A stretch of 64,000 nucleotides of DNA from Mytilus trossulus (Eukaryota), in contig NC_086373.1 of assembly GCF_036588685.1 (NCBI RefSeq), positions 108,252,001 through 108,316,000 on the forward strand. Reading direction: 5' to 3'. The notes below the pieces were generated by a model that saw only the letters and a program-made list of their open reading frames with translations, was not told the DNA's origin and ran no database searches. Position numbers and translations under genes: made by a program. Each line of letters starts with the position of its first letter. Positions within the stretch are counted from its first letter, which is position 1. Positions 1-13,226 of the stretch are shown piece by piece.

Positions 1-1429
1 ATTGCGTTTTCATTTTTCCTTTGAGTTCGGTTTTTTGTTGTCATTTTACTTTATTCTATTGTATATTGTAGAATAATTATATTTACTTATCACTATTATA
101 AGAAACATTGATAATTTACAAGTATACAAGTACGTTAAAAGACTGTATTGTTCATCGCACTATGATTATGTAAACCAAACATAACTAAAGTCTAAATACA
201 GCATGCAGAATTTTACAAGCAAGACTACCTCTGTTTTCAAATTTATATTGCAATTAATATATGAACCAATCACAATGTTATATACCTTACTAAAAAAGTA
301 ACAGGAGTTAAAAAAAATCGAGAGAAAAAGAAACATAAGATTGTCCGAAATTATGTAAATAAAGGGCTGTTGGCTTATACTTTTTTATAACCTACTTTCG
401 GTTTAGGAAATGGAATTATTTCGTTAAAGCACCATTTCTTCTGATGTTGTAAAATGTCTCGAAAGCTAAATACACAAACATATTTACCCTGTGTTTAAAT
501 TACTGTTCACAAAGGTAAACAAGTGTTGTCTTAATTTTTATCTTTCGGTATTTTTCAGTGCTATCGAAGAATGGTAATTGACTCCTAAACTTCTAGCATT
601 GCTAAAAATTTCATAATAATATTTATATGATAACTTTCTTTATCATCAAAAGTAGTTGTATACAACCCTTTCGATCGGTAGAGTAGACCAAAAAGGATGC
701 TCGAATTGTTTCAGATTATAAATAAAACTTTCCGAAATTGTACTTATACTATGAATACACCTGATACATTTCGGAGAATAACCGATTTTCTAGAAATGAT
801 CATTGTCATGCACTTGCAAAAATGTGGTAAAGCAAATTCTGTTCATGTTTCACATTTAGCTAAAACTGAAATTAGAATATGAGCGATTTAAGTTATAGGT
901 AATATATTGACAAGACAGAATCATCTACAACTAGGATTGTACTTGATGATATTTACAATGTTATGTTATCATTTATAGATCATTAATATTCATGTCGTAC
1001 ACAGAAACAACTATTTTTAGCACATTAATCCGAGCATAAAACGTTACGTTATATTATTTATATAATGTTCACCATTGGCAACATTCAAACAAACACACAT
1101 GTTTAGACAGTTTAAGTCTATCATAAACAAAATTCAGTTAAGATATACGATATGTATGCATTCAATCAACAACAATAACAAAAAAAACTTCCTCAACTAA
1201 ATTCCTGAACTTAAGTGAATTATATAATTGAATTATATCGATGCTTTTTTATTTACTTTTATAAAATAAAAATGTATTGATATTTTAAATATTTTTGAAA
1301 GAAAAACTTAAAGAAGTAAAATCTGCCACAAGTCAATGTGCCCAAGTCAGGGAGAACGATGTAGTTTCTATTTTGATAAATGATGTTTATTGAATGTTAT
1401 AGCTCAAATCAGATGAAATCATAATCTTT

Positions 1430-1912
1430 CAATCAGTTTAATTGAAGTCTGGAGCTGGCATGACAGTTGACTGCTAGTAGTCTATTGTTATGTATGTATT
1501 ATTGTCATTTTGGTGTGGTTTTTCTTTTTTTGGTTACATCTTCTGACATCAAACTCGGACATCTCTGGAACTGAATTTTAATGAGCGTATTGTTATGCAT
1601 TTACTTTTCTACATTGGCTAGATTATAGGGTGAGGGTTGAGATCTCATAACAGTTTAACCCCGCCGCATTTTTGCGCCTGTCCCAAGTTAATTAAGTTTA
1701 ATTTTAGTTTCTTGTGTACAATTTGGAGTTTAGTATGGCGTTCATTATCACTGAACTAGTATATATTTGTTTATGGGCCAGCTGAAGGACGCCTCCGGGT
1801 GCTGAAATTTCTCGCTACATTGAAGACCTGTTGGTGACTTTCTATTGTTATCTTTTTTATGGTCGGGTTGTTGTCTCTTTGACACATTCACCATTTCCAT
1901 TCACAATTTTAT
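1430..1912. repeat. Interspersed repeat fragment (SINE-like, unclassified)
   Basis: GC-richer block in AT-rich DNA. Part of it (TTTAACCCCGCC, 1654-1665) matches the reverse complement of GGCGGGGTTAAAC at ~12163. Confidence 0.4.
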
Positions 1913-2084
1913 GTTGAACTTTTAATATATTTGGTTATACAGGGACCTTTTACTGAATTGAAACATTCAGTGTTAGGTGCAGTGCATATAAGTTCATCGG
2001 AACTATAACGTCTTGAGCATTATGTTCACCTCAAACACAGTGTTAAGGGTTATGGACACTAGATATCTATTAGAACGGTGCAAA

Positions 2085-2512
2085 AAAAGAGGGATGAAAG
2101 ATACCAAAGGGACAGTCAAACTCGTAAATCTAAAACAAACTGACAACGCCATGGCTAAAAATTAAAAAAAGACAAACAGAAAAACAATAGTACACATGAC
2201 ACAACATTGAAAGCTAAAGAATAAACAACACGAACCCCACCAAAAACTAGGGGTGATCTCAGGTGCTCCGGAAGGGTAAGCAGATCCGGCTCCACGTGCG
2301 GCACCCGTCGTGTTGCTTATGTGATTACAAATCCGGTAAATAGTCTAATTCGGTAGGTCAAATTCATGAAAGGGAAGGGGATTCTAGTTACGACTTAAGG
2401 AACATATCCGATATCATTTGTGAAACGGTTAGTCAACCAACTCGTGATGGCGTCGTAAAATTTACGAAGGGATGATTTCAACTTCACCATTTGGAACTCT
2501 TGGTTTATAACT
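2085..2512 (-). mobile_element. Penelope-like retroelement 3' fragment
   Basis: Near-identical to 50610-50893 plus 53491-53615, which run directly into a Penelope-type RT remnant. Confidence 0.6.
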
Positions 2513-4130
2513 TATTAGCAACTGATTAGAACTTATAAGAGATAATAGTAACACTAAATGTAACATTCATAAACTTTTATATTCTCTCATGAGTTTATTT
2601 TTTTTCCATTTTTCTAAAAACCTGTACTTCGGAAGTTGAATGGAAACTCAAAGTAATGCAATACAAAGGGACCAGGTAGCTTTAACGTAAAACAATATAT
2701 TCATCTTGCTTAATCAAAGCAAAAATTAATATAATGATTTGCAATTTGGAAGCTTGGTCGACTTTAAAGTTGCAGTATCTTCAGTTTGACGAGTCTTTGG
2801 TTTTATTACCAAAAAAACAGTTATCAAAATTGACAATAAACCCACTGCAATATCTGAATGAAAATTCTAAATAGCTCAATGTCAATGTTGTTCATTATTT
2901 AATTCATATGTTCTTAGTATAAAAATACCTTTGTCTTCTTTTCTTAAAAAAATGGTTTAAGGTTTTTGAATCCAATTGTAAAATTCAATTGAAGTACGTT
3001 GCTGGATAAAGCCTTTCTCCAACTACTGATTATTCTAACGGTACAACTCGCGTTTCAGCACTTTAATCGTTCTATTATCATGTTAAGTATAACTTGCCTA
3101 TAATCAGAACTATAAGGAGGGTTACATAGATTTTCACGACGTTCGGCTATTTTTGATAATCGAATTTGATCCTTCAAATATGTTTACTGATTTGCATCGT
3201 TTTTAAGACTTATTTGTATTTATGGTAAAATATAAAGAAGCATATACATGATTTTCCGTGTTATGGGATCTAATAACAGTAAAGAGAAGCCATGTAAAAT
3301 ATTCGCCGCAATAACTGATCGTCGCAATACCAGAATAACGAAGTATACAAAACGAGCTAAGTCCACTTTTTTGTTTGTTAAAAAAACAAATAACCATAAG
3401 GTAGATGTGAAGTGTTTTGTTCTATTTCAAGTATTCAAGAATCATAAAAAGAAGCAAAAAAGGCTTTAAACAGAATCGGATTCTAAAAAAAAAGCGAATA
3501 GTATGATGAAAAGTGAAACAAAGAAGCCACAATTACTAGATAGTCATTAGGACAGAAATTATTAGGATGCGACAAATTTGGATTAATTTTTAATAAAAAT
3601 TGATATATAAATACTTCATTCTCTATAATGAATCGTCAAATGTACAGAAAAGGGACAACAATACATTAGCATACAATATGTGATTGAATAAATAAAAACA
3701 TAATACAAAAAAAACTAAACAAATAATAATAATAATCAAAATGATAATAAAAGTAACTGAGATAATAAGATAAACAAATGAAAAACTTTGGAAGTGTAAT
3801 AGGACTAACTTTTTTCATTTTTCACTCTCAATTTAAAGGTGGTAATCTGTTTTCAATTAAGCAGAGTGTGAAATTGAGATTAAAGTATGGACAAAAATAT
3901 TATAGGGAGATGACATGAATATACATATAAATATGATATGGTAATTGATCATTTACACACAAGAGTGTGATATAGCATTTCCATTCTTTGAAATTGTACT
4001 GATATTTATTATATTTGCAAATGCTATATATACTTTACTGCTTTTATAAAATTTCTACAAATGACAATCTTAGCAATTTAAAATAAGTTAATGCAGAATT
4101 GCTGTTACAAAATTCATAAATACGTTCTCG

Positions 4131-5393
4131 TTATTTGATACCTAACTTTTCGATGTTATAAAGTTTAACATGATTGCCATCGATTTCCGCTGCAAGAATC
4201 TTCAAGTCTTGTTGGTAGGCAATATATCTCGGTCTTTTAACTCTGCTGTCCTCGTCAAGAAGATGGTAAATCAGTCCATCGGTTGTATTCATCTGATATA
4301 TTTTATTGACTTCACTGCTTGCCACGAACAGAATATTGTTGAACATAACGATCCCTCGTGGACTCTTCACTTTCACTGACCAACATAAGTTCCCTTTAAA
4401 GTCAACACTGTGGATGGATTCATTTACAATATCTACCACAAATACGATCTTTTTCATAAAGTCCAAGGCGAGACGTATTGTATTGCCAGTGAACTGCCCA
4501 AAACTTCTTGTATTTCCTGGTATGACAAACAACTCCTTTCCGCCCAATTCATAAATACGAATGGCACCATCTTCCCCTTCTCCACTTTCTACGGCAAAAT
4601 GTTCCTTATGATAAGCAATGCTGTATGGTTTTTCTTTTACTTTGAATGTTTTATACGTACGTATCTTATTATCAATTCTGAAAATTCTGATCTCCTTCTT
4701 ATCAGCTATAGTTACCGCTATTAGATCATTTTGTGTGCTTGCAATACCTCTAGGATCGTCTTTCAGTTCTCTTGCCATTTCAAACTTCAGATCACGTTTG
4801 AATAGCTTCAAACTTCGATTTTTGTAATCTGCAACGACAATTTTACCGTCAGAAAGAATTGCTATTCCTCGGACTCTCGTAACTTCTTTATCAGCTGGAG
4901 CAGAGCTCATTAATTCATTGGCGAATTGACCCCTGAATGGCCCGTTATCCTGTACTTGTGCTTGGAATGTATCATCACGATGTTGAGTAAAAGCCAGTGA
5001 CCTGCGATCACCGCTTACACTATGACGATCAGAAACTACTGATATGGTTTCATCTATTGGTAGTTGTTTAGCCGCGATGGCGCTATGATGTTTCGTTGCT
5101 TTAAGTAGCGAATGTTTGTTCGTACAGTTGGTACAAAGTAACTGTTTGCAGTCGATACACAGACTTACTGCTGGTTCACCACAGTCATTACCACAATTGG
5201 CATTCACTGAGCTTAGATTTAAGTCCGTTATATCGTGTGATGCATCTACCAGGATATGTATGCGAGTAGACTTCAGTTTTCTATGGTACAACGTGCAATC
5301 GTGACAAAATGCTTGGTCACAATTTGCACAGTATACTTCAAAGGTTGTCGTAACTTCGTCACATCCATCGCAGACTTTTGAAACTGTTGCCAT
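4131..5393 (-). CDS. TRIM-like protein with two B-box zinc fingers and an NHL-like beta-propeller (copy A, 420 aa)
   Basis: Two Cys/His clusters (CDGC..CANCDQAFCHDCTLYH..H; CGNDC..CIDCKQLLCTNCTNKH..H) followed by NHL-like blades (RGIAILSDGKIVVAD, DPRGIA, KPYSIAY, SPRGIV, RPRYIAY). A splice acceptor AG lies 2 nt before the ATG. Confidence 0.9.
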   Translation of the reverse strand: MATVSKVCDGCDEVTTTFEVYCANCDQAFCHDCTLYHRKLKSTRIHILVDASHDITDLNLSSVNANCGNDCGEPAVSLCIDCKQLLCTNCTNKHSLLKATKHHSAIAAKQLPIDETISVVSDRHSVSGDRRSLAFTQHRDDTFQAQVQDNGPFRGQFANELMSSAPADKEVTRVRGIAILSDGKIVVADYKNRSLKLFKRDLKFEMARELKDDPRGIASTQNDLIAVTIADKKEIRIFRIDNKIRTYKTFKVKEKPYSIAYHKEHFAVESGEGEDGAIRIYELGGKELFVIPGNTRSFGQFTGNTIRLALDFMKKIVFVVDIVNESIHSVDFKGNLCWSVKVKSPRGIVMFNNILFVASSEVNKIYQMNTTDGLIYHLLDEDSRVKRPRYIAYQQDLKILAAEIDGNHVKLYNIEKLGIK

Positions 5394-7691
5394 ATCTACA
5401 TGATAAACAAAAAATACAAATTAGTTCAGGAACTAGAATGGTTTAGATAACTTACTATTTCTATGGCGCGATTTGCAGCTTTTTTTTTGAAGCAGCATGT
5501 TTATCAGAGGCATAATGACGCTGATTGTAAATAAAAAACAAGACGATGAAACTTAAAGCTAACTAACGATAGCATCTAAGAGAAATAATGGAAACATATC
5601 ATCAAAATGGGGAAATTAAACATTACTTCCATATATATTTGAATTGAATGGAGAAACATGGCCTTTTCACAGTTCTGTCGTTCAAAGCCTCGTATGTCTA
5701 ACGTGATTTGAACTAACTTTTGCATACCATTAGGTATTAGCAACAACAAAAAAACATGATATAAGGTACCATTAAATTATATCTGAATATCACAATTGAA
5801 TAATAAATCAACTCAATTATTCTATGTAACAGCAATAATAGCGTCTGATGAATATACAAAATTTAGTCCTGGTATATGATGAGTTTATATGTTTAAATAA
5901 AAATTAATAGATCGAAACATCTCACAGGTTGCATCCGTTATTTTAAATAATATATTTAATAAGAAGTGTACCTATCTGCTTACCTTTTTAAATCAGTTAT
6001 AACATACCTTTTGTGTTTGGTTAAATTTTAAATGTAAATGTATCAATAAATCTATTATATGCATTCATCTATTTAAAAAATACACAGGGTTAGAAGAGAA
6101 AGTGATATTTTAAAAGTTTACCTTTCTGAGAATCTGAGGTTTACCAAATTAAACACATTCCAGTAATGGATGAAAAGTTTGTCAGTTTAAAATATGATCA
6201 ACCTCCCACTAGCAATATTAACCTAACAATCATCCTTTACAAATAGTGTATGCATTTTGGTTCTTGATCGCACATGAATGATCTTTTTAGAGCACGGATC
6301 GTGAAACCCGATATAACATTTGTTTGCATTAATCTGGAACACACAAAGCCCATGCAATATCTAAAACCAAAGTGTGTGATAGTATCGAAGGCCTAATGAC
6401 CTATATGACCTTACAGACCTACAAATAATAGACGGGTCCATCTTTAGTCTGAAACTTTCAGTAAATATCAGGGTTTTTTTCAAAAGTCAATATAACAATA
6501 TATGGTTGCTTCTCATAATTAGTCTATGGTGTTTGTGCTGTTTAAATGTTTGTTATCTTGTATTAGGGTGTTTGTTTGTTTGTGTTTTTCGCATTTTTTT
6601 ATATTGTATAGTTTTATCCTTTTTTTTATTACCAATTTTTGCTTGTTTTCTCTGGGTTTTTATATAACCTTTCTGAATCTCATTCCTCCTTTTTATTAAG
6701 TGGTCTTTTTATGTGTTTTTTTACAATATTAAATGTTTATATTTTTTGTATTCTATATATGAAGTTTTGATGTAGCTTATCGAGATTTCATATCAACTAA
6801 ACCAGCTTAACTGAATCAATTTTTTTCATGTGTCTGCCTATTTTAATTTTGGTATTGGCATCGAGTAGTAATCGACTCTTTTAAAAATATTTACAATTTT
6901 ATACATTCGTAGTGTTTATGATTTTTTCGGATAAAGATAGGCTGAGCTTAATGTGTCCTTTTAACAAACATCTTTTTTATTGTTTGAATTATCAAAATTG
7001 ACTCTTAAAGTTTGAAAGCAAGGCAGAATATGGGAAAAATTGTTTTCAGAGGAAATCAAAATTTCGCAGAGGAACAGAAAATTAAAGAACGAATTAACCA
7101 GACATACAAGGAATTAATTATACTATAAAAAAAAATGTGTTAAAAAATGCAGATGAGACTATTATCCATCAAAGTTCAAGTGATGTGGGTGTAAATAATT
7201 ATGGGCAACAGTATGGCCTTCAACAATGAGAAAAAAACATACCGTAAAGTCGGCTATAAATGACACCGACATATAAAATATGAAACAACTCGATTGGGGA
7301 AATTTACAGCATATTTTATAAAAAAAAATTTACTATTAACGACAACAAAATGACTAGCATGAAGAACGACAACCACTGAACTACTGGTTCCTAATTTAGA
7401 CTAGGCACATACATTATGTGGCGGGATTACCCACGTTGAACGCTTAATCGTCATCTAACATGTTCCAGAGCTGTTCAAACACACCATATAACCAAACTAT
7501 TACAATCATTTAAAAATGGCATAACTCATCAGACCGATTCATAAATGGTTAAAAAATTTCGAAAAAAATAAGGATTTTCCTATCCCAGGCATAGATTACC
7601 TAAGCCGTATTTGACACAACTTTTTGGAATTTCGTATCATCGTTGCTCTTCAAGTTTGTACTTGCTTGGCTTTATAAATATTTTGATATGA

Positions 7692-7735
7692 GCGTCACTG
7701 ATGAGTCTTATGTAGACGAAACGCGCGTCTGGCGT
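7692..7735 (+). ncRNA. Minimal type I hammerhead ribozyme
   Basis: GCGTCA-CTGATGA-GTC ttatgta GAC-GAAA-CGCGCG-TC-TGGCGT. It has the full core (CUGAUGA, GAAA, GUC cleavage triplet), stem I GCGUCA/UGGCGU, stem II and a palindromic minimal stem III. Confidence 0.85.
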
Positions 7736-7877
7736 ACTAAATTATAATCCTGGTACCTTTGATAACTGTTTTCACAGTTAATATGCTCACGCAAAAGAAA
7801 TATTTGAACATGATGCCGATGTTAAGAAAGCTAAATTGTTTGAATAGTTATCAAAGGTACCAGGATTATAATTTAGT

Positions 7878-7922
7878 ACGCCAGACGCGCGTTTCGACTA
7901 CATAAAGACTCATCAGTGACGC
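7878..7922 (-). ncRNA. Minimal type I hammerhead ribozyme (stem II mismatch)
   Basis: Reverse complement reads GCGTCACTGATGAGTCTTTATGTAGTCGAAACGCGCGTCTGGCGT. Confidence 0.75.
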
Positions 7923-8233
7923 TCAGATCCAAATAGGTATACAGTCTAACAAGAAGAAAGCTGAAGAGCATTTAGGATCCAAAATTCCAAAAAATTGTGC
8001 CAAATACGGCTATGGTAATCTATTCCTGGGATAAGAACATCCTTAGTTTTTCGAAAAGTTCAAAGTTTTGTAACAGGAACTTTAGAAAAATTACCATTAC
8101 ATTGATATTTATATCAACACCGAAGTGCTGTCGACTGGGCTGGTGATACCCTCGGGGACGAAACGTCCACCAGCAGTGACATTGACCCAGTGGTATAAAT
8201 AGTTATCAAAGGTACCAGGATTATAAATTTAGT

Positions 8234-8278
8234 ACGACAGACGCGCGTTTCGTCTACATAAAGATTCATCAGTGACAC
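8234..8278 (-). ncRNA. Minimal hammerhead ribozyme, partly degenerate
   Basis: Reverse complement reads GTGTCACTGATGAATCTTTATGTAGACGAAACGCGCGTCTGTCGT; 356 nt from the previous copy. Confidence 0.65.
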
Positions 8279-8437
8279 TCGATCCAAATAGGTATACAGC
8301 CTAACAAGTAGAATGTTGAAAAGCATTGAGGACCCAAAATTTCAAAAAGTTGAATCATATTTATTACTTCTTAATATATATTAGTGTAAATATAAAGACT
8401 CGTTGTATTCACTGTATGTATCATTTACCTTCGACCA

Positions 8438-8796
8438 TGCACTGATATTCGGGTTGCAAAACCGAAAATGATCAATAATGGTAAATATGATTTAACGTAA
8501 ATGTTTGTTAAAAGGAAAAACAGATTTTCCATGTTTATTTTAAAATTTTACCTGTAAAAATGAACATCAATTTCAATACAAGGAATTTATACAGGTGACG
8601 CCATATTGTTAAACGTAAAAGTAAACAACTCGCTGTGTTGCAACCTACATGTAAGGCCAGTAGTACTTATAAGCGGTAAGTTTATTCGGGAATCAATTAT
8701 CTGAATAAAACCATAGACTTCAAGCAAAATATGAATGAATGCTCAAACTTTATTTTATTAAAATTAATTAAATCGTTTTTTTTAATTTTGCTGTAG
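8438..8796 (+). promoter_or_regulatory. Conserved upstream block plus putative 5'-UTR intron (8676-8796) of copy B
   Basis: The motif series ATGCACTG..TTACCTGT..ACAGGTGACGCCATA..AAACGTAAA..GCG|GTAAGT recurs, in whole or part, upstream of copies C, D, E and F. Acceptor TTTTGCTGTAG is 2 nt before the ATG. Confidence 0.55.
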
Positions 8797-8798
8797 GA

Positions 8799-10049
8799 AT
8801 GGAAGCTGCATCAACAGCATGTGATGGCTGCGAAAAGGATGAAAAGGTAGAATCATTTTGCGTTAATTGTGAGCAACTTTATTGCCTTGAGTGCACCGGT
8901 TATCATATGAAATGTAAAGCGACACGTTCCCACGTCTTATTAGATGCATCACATCTTGACAAAGATATATCCCACGCTTCTACTGATGTCCAGTGTGGCA
9001 ATGAATGCGGGGAGCAGGGAGTAATTCTTTGTCTAGACTGTAAACAGTTACTTTGTGACAACTGTACACAGAAACATGCAAGACTTAAAGCAACCAAAGA
9101 GCATAATGCAATAACCGCGAAACAACTCGCGAGAGACGAAACAGCATCTTTAACTTCCTTTGGTGCTTACTCTGAAAGAACTTCTATAGTTTCGCGTCCA
9201 AAGGAACTGGTGCATGCGCAGGTTCAAGTTGAGAAAGGTCCGTACTCGGGTATGTTTGCACATGAGTTCATGAGTTCCGCTCCAGGAGACAAAGAAGTAA
9301 CAAGAGTTCGTGGAATAGTAATTCTTTCCGATGGCAGAATTATTGTTGCCGATTATAAAAATCGGAGTTTGAAATTATATAGCAGTGAATTGAAATTTGA
9401 AATGGCAAAGGATATAAAAGAGGATCCAAGAGGCATGGCTGCTTCTGCTAACGATTTTGTAGTAGTCACTATTGCTGATAAAAAGGAAATAAAAATATAT
9501 AAGGTCGAACATAATAAGATACGTACTCACAAAACGATTAAAGTGAAAGAAAAACCTTACAGTATTGGTTATAATAAAGACCACTTTGCTGTCGAACACG
9601 GCGAGGGAGAAGACGGAACAATTCGTATTTATGATCAAAACATTAGAGAAATGTGTGTCATACCGGGTAATACCAGACACTTTGGACAATTCACTGGCAA
9701 TACAATACGCCTTGCCTTAGATTATACAAAACAGGTCATATTTGTAGTCGATATAGTAAAAGACTCCGTTCACTGTGTCGATTTTAAAGGAGGGCTGATC
9801 TGGACAGTGAAAGTGGGAAGTCCTAGAGGAATTGTGTTCCACAACAATATTCTTTTTGTTGCCAGCAGTGCCGAACACAAGATAATCCAGATGAATGCTG
9901 TCGATGGATTAGTTTACTCTATGTTAGACGAAGACAATAGAATTAAGCGTCCTCGTTACATTGCCTACAATCCCGATTTGAGGAAACTGGCTGTTGAAAT
10001 CGATGGCAACCATATTAAGCTTTATAACATTACAAAATGTGACAAATGA
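8799..10049 (+). CDS. TRIM-like 2xB-box + NHL protein (copy B, 416 aa)
   Basis: Intact ORF and clear paralogue of A and F (shared MSSAPxDKExTRVRGI, FGQFTGNTIRLALD, EIDGNHxKLYNI). Confidence 0.9.
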   Translation: MEAASTACDGCEKDEKVESFCVNCEQLYCLECTGYHMKCKATRSHVLLDASHLDKDISHASTDVQCGNECGEQGVILCLDCKQLLCDNCTQKHARLKATKEHNAITAKQLARDETASLTSFGAYSERTSIVSRPKELVHAQVQVEKGPYSGMFAHEFMSSAPGDKEVTRVRGIVILSDGRIIVADYKNRSLKLYSSELKFEMAKDIKEDPRGMAASANDFVVVTIADKKEIKIYKVEHNKIRTHKTIKVKEKPYSIGYNKDHFAVEHGEGEDGTIRIYDQNIREMCVIPGNTRHFGQFTGNTIRLALDYTKQVIFVVDIVKDSVHCVDFKGGLIWTVKVGSPRGIVFHNNILFVASSAEHKIIQMNAVDGLVYSMLDEDNRIKRPRYIAYNPDLRKLAVEIDGNHIKLYNITKCDK

Positions 10050-11869
10050 AATGTGAAAGTCTTTACAATATTTTGAAGTACGAGTTAACTGTCTTCATCT
10101 ATTGAAAGCTCTTAAATAGCTGCTTAGCTTGCCACCAACTACATCATGACAAAACTGTTTATAATACTCAAAGATACCAGAATTATAATATTAGTATGCA
10201 CGACGCACAATTTGTCTTATTAAGAGTCAATTGTCTTGAAATGATAATGCTGGAAGGCAAAATCAATAACGAAGTTAGAGAGCATTGAATACATAAAAGT
10301 ACAGAGTTCATTATGTCATTTATAAGTCTTAAAAAACATACAAGCATGTCGTATATCTTGAACTATTTTACTTTTTACTGTTTGAGTATAATTCATCTTA
10401 TATATTTGTGTTAAGGTATTTAACATTATTTTCAAACTTTTAACCATTCGTTACTTATTAAATTATTAAAGGGACTCGTTTGTGCTGTTCTAAAAAGTTA
10501 AATCACACAAAAACTAAACAACACGGAAAGTTTAAAACAGAAAGTCCATACTCATATGGCAAAGCTTAAACACATCAAACGAATGGATAACAACTGTCAT
10601 ATCTCTGTCTTGGTACAAGCATTTTGTTATGAAAAAATGGTGGATTAAATATGGTTGTAAAGCTAGCATAACCTTTCACATGTATGACAATCGCCTTGAA
10701 TTCCATTATACTGACAACACTGCGTGAAGAAAACAGACATAATAGGTAGGATTGTCTAAAATACAGTAGTCAACATTATGTTATTATCGTAATCACTTAA
10801 AAATAAACATACAAATATGTAACAAAGAAGTACAAAATGGCATATAGACCAAGTAAGTAGCAAAATTTAAATACAAGAATACACAAATTCACCAGTGTAC
10901 AATAACACAATGACGGGTTGTATAGGTAATGTGCCATGTCATTTATGTAACAAAGAAACATAAAAAGGCATGGAGACACAGCGCATAGAAAAAATGAAAT
11001 ACAAGCAACAAACTAGTTATCACAGTAACACCAAAAAGCACATAGACAAACCACATTGACAAAAAGGTTAGACAAGAATACGAGAATATCATAAACAATA
11101 ATGACTTAATGTATATGTACCACAAGTATCTTAATAACAATAAAAACAAACAAATATTTAACAAGAAGCACAAAAAATCATATCCGGTGTGAACAAAAGC
11201 TCCGTGTTGAAGGCCGTACCTTGACCAATAATAGTTTATTTTTATACATTGTAACAAGGATGTATAATTGTCTTGTTGGCTCTCATATCACATCTTTCTA
11301 TATCAATACATCAAATTTAACAACATTATTTGTTGCTTTCCTATTCTTGAATTTTATTTATGTTTGTTAAATCCACCCATATACGATTTTTAAGCATTGG
11401 GACCGATAGTCTGGTCAACATGGCTCTAACAAAGAATCACGCGTTTGATGTCAGAATGTAAAAGTCACACAGGTAGAGATATAAAATAATTTTGTCGTTC
11501 AAAGTATGAAAATATTATAGTATACAGTTCTTTATACATATCCTCTGCAGAATTATAATTAGAAGTTTACATTTCATTCTTGCCTCTTGACTATATATAA
11601 ATTATGTGTTTTTTCTAAAGACATTATGTCATTATGTATACAAGAAATAAAGAAAGGGCATATAAGCAAAGCATGAGCAAATATGAAAGATTAGAATACA
11701 AAAATATAATAGAACAATAACACAATAGTAAGATGTTAAAGAACAGAACCACGTCACATGTATCAAAGAAACACAAAAAGACACACGGACAATGCAAATA
11801 TGAAAGATAATCAAACAGCATGACGGGGTGCATAAGCACAGGCACTTGCCTCTATCCATAGGAAGATAT

Positions 11870-12195
11870 AAAAAAAAGATGTGGTTTAAATGCCAATGAG
11901 ACAACCATCCACAAATGACCAAAGTGACACAGACATTAACAACTATAGGTCACCGTACGGCCTTCAAAATGAGCAAAGCCCATACCGCATAGTCAGCTAT
12001 AAAAGGCCCCGATAAGACAATGTAAAACAATTCAAACGAGAAAACTAGCGGCCTTATTTATGTAAAAAAATTAACGAAATACAAATTTGTAACACATAAA
12101 CCAACGACAACCACTGAATTTACAGGCTCCTGGCTTGGGACGGGCACATACATAAATAATGTGGCGGGGTTAAACATGTTAGCGGGATCCCAACC
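11870..12195. repeat. Abundant SINE-like repeat (AGATGTGG..GCCAATGAGACAAC family)
   Basis: The same head occurs at ~7135, 12603, 26537, 51163 and inverted at ~61635-61665. Confidence 0.55.
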
Positions 12196-13226
12196 AAGTT
12201 GACTATCCATATAAATAGAAGAAGAGGTGGCTAACGAAATTTGTTTTAGGGCTCGACAGTCTCCGCTTCAGACGCTTTTTATACCCTTTCAACTAATGCA
12301 AAAAATCCCTACCTTATATGAATCTATTCAGTGAATATTTTCCTTTAACACTAAATTAATTTTCTATCCCAAACAGTGTTCCTCTTCACTAACCATAACT
12401 CACTAAACCATGGCGAAAATTTGATCTACCAACTTTTCAATGTATCTTCTTCCGGTTGACATCGCAGTAAATTAATTTTGTTTCTATTGATTGAGTTTTT
12501 CTCCCCTAATTCTTATCAATTTTCTTGTCTCCGTATGAGCCTCCTTAAATTAGGAGCACCACCTTGAGTTATGAATTGAAATTTTGTTGTCATAGATATA
12601 GGAAGATGTGGTGTGAGTGCCAATGAGACAACTCTCCATCCAAATAACAATTTAAAAAGTAAACCATTATAGGTTAAAGTACGGCCTTCAACACGGAGCC
12701 TTGGCTCACACCGAACAACAAGCTATAAAGGGCCCCAAAATTACTAGTGTAAAACCATTCAAACGGGAAAACCAACGGTCTAATCTCTGTTTACTTATTT
12801 ATAAATATTTTTCAGTTTTGCTCATAAAAGTTTTTTTATACCCTCGCTTTGAAAAGGGGGTATACTGTTTTACCTCTGTCTGTCCATCTATCCGTCAGTC
12901 GGTCAGTCCATCCATCAGTTCATCAGTCCGTCCGTCCCATATTTTTCGTCACAATTATCTCAGGAAGTACAAAACAAGGATTTCTGAGATTTGGATTCAG
13001 GGTTTATATAAGTGGGTCCTACTAAATGCGCCCGGGAGCGCCCGGGTGAAGAAAAAGCGCCCTGGGAAAATAAAAAGCGCCCGGAGAAGAAAATATAGCG
13101 CCCGGGGTACAGAAAAAGCGCCCTGGAAAAATATTTAGATATTCTTTTGGCATGAGACAACTTTGTTAAGTTATGGACATTGATTTTTTTTTTAATTTTA
13201 GACAAGTAATTTGCAAATTCAGATAA

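Larger units (their letters stand above)
7560..8352. mobile_element. Retrozyme/Penelope-associated hammerhead repeat: one + partial copy (7560-7768) inverted against a - strand tandem (7845-8352, unit ~356 nt)
   Basis: GGTACCTTTGATAACT (~7752) versus AGTTATCAAAGGTACC (~7846 and ~8200). Each copy carries a hammerhead motif. Confidence 0.8.

Noticed and set aside
1775-1815. Possible hammerhead-like CTGAAGGA...GAAA
   Set aside because: The core does not match CUGANGA and stems I and III cannot be formed convincingly.
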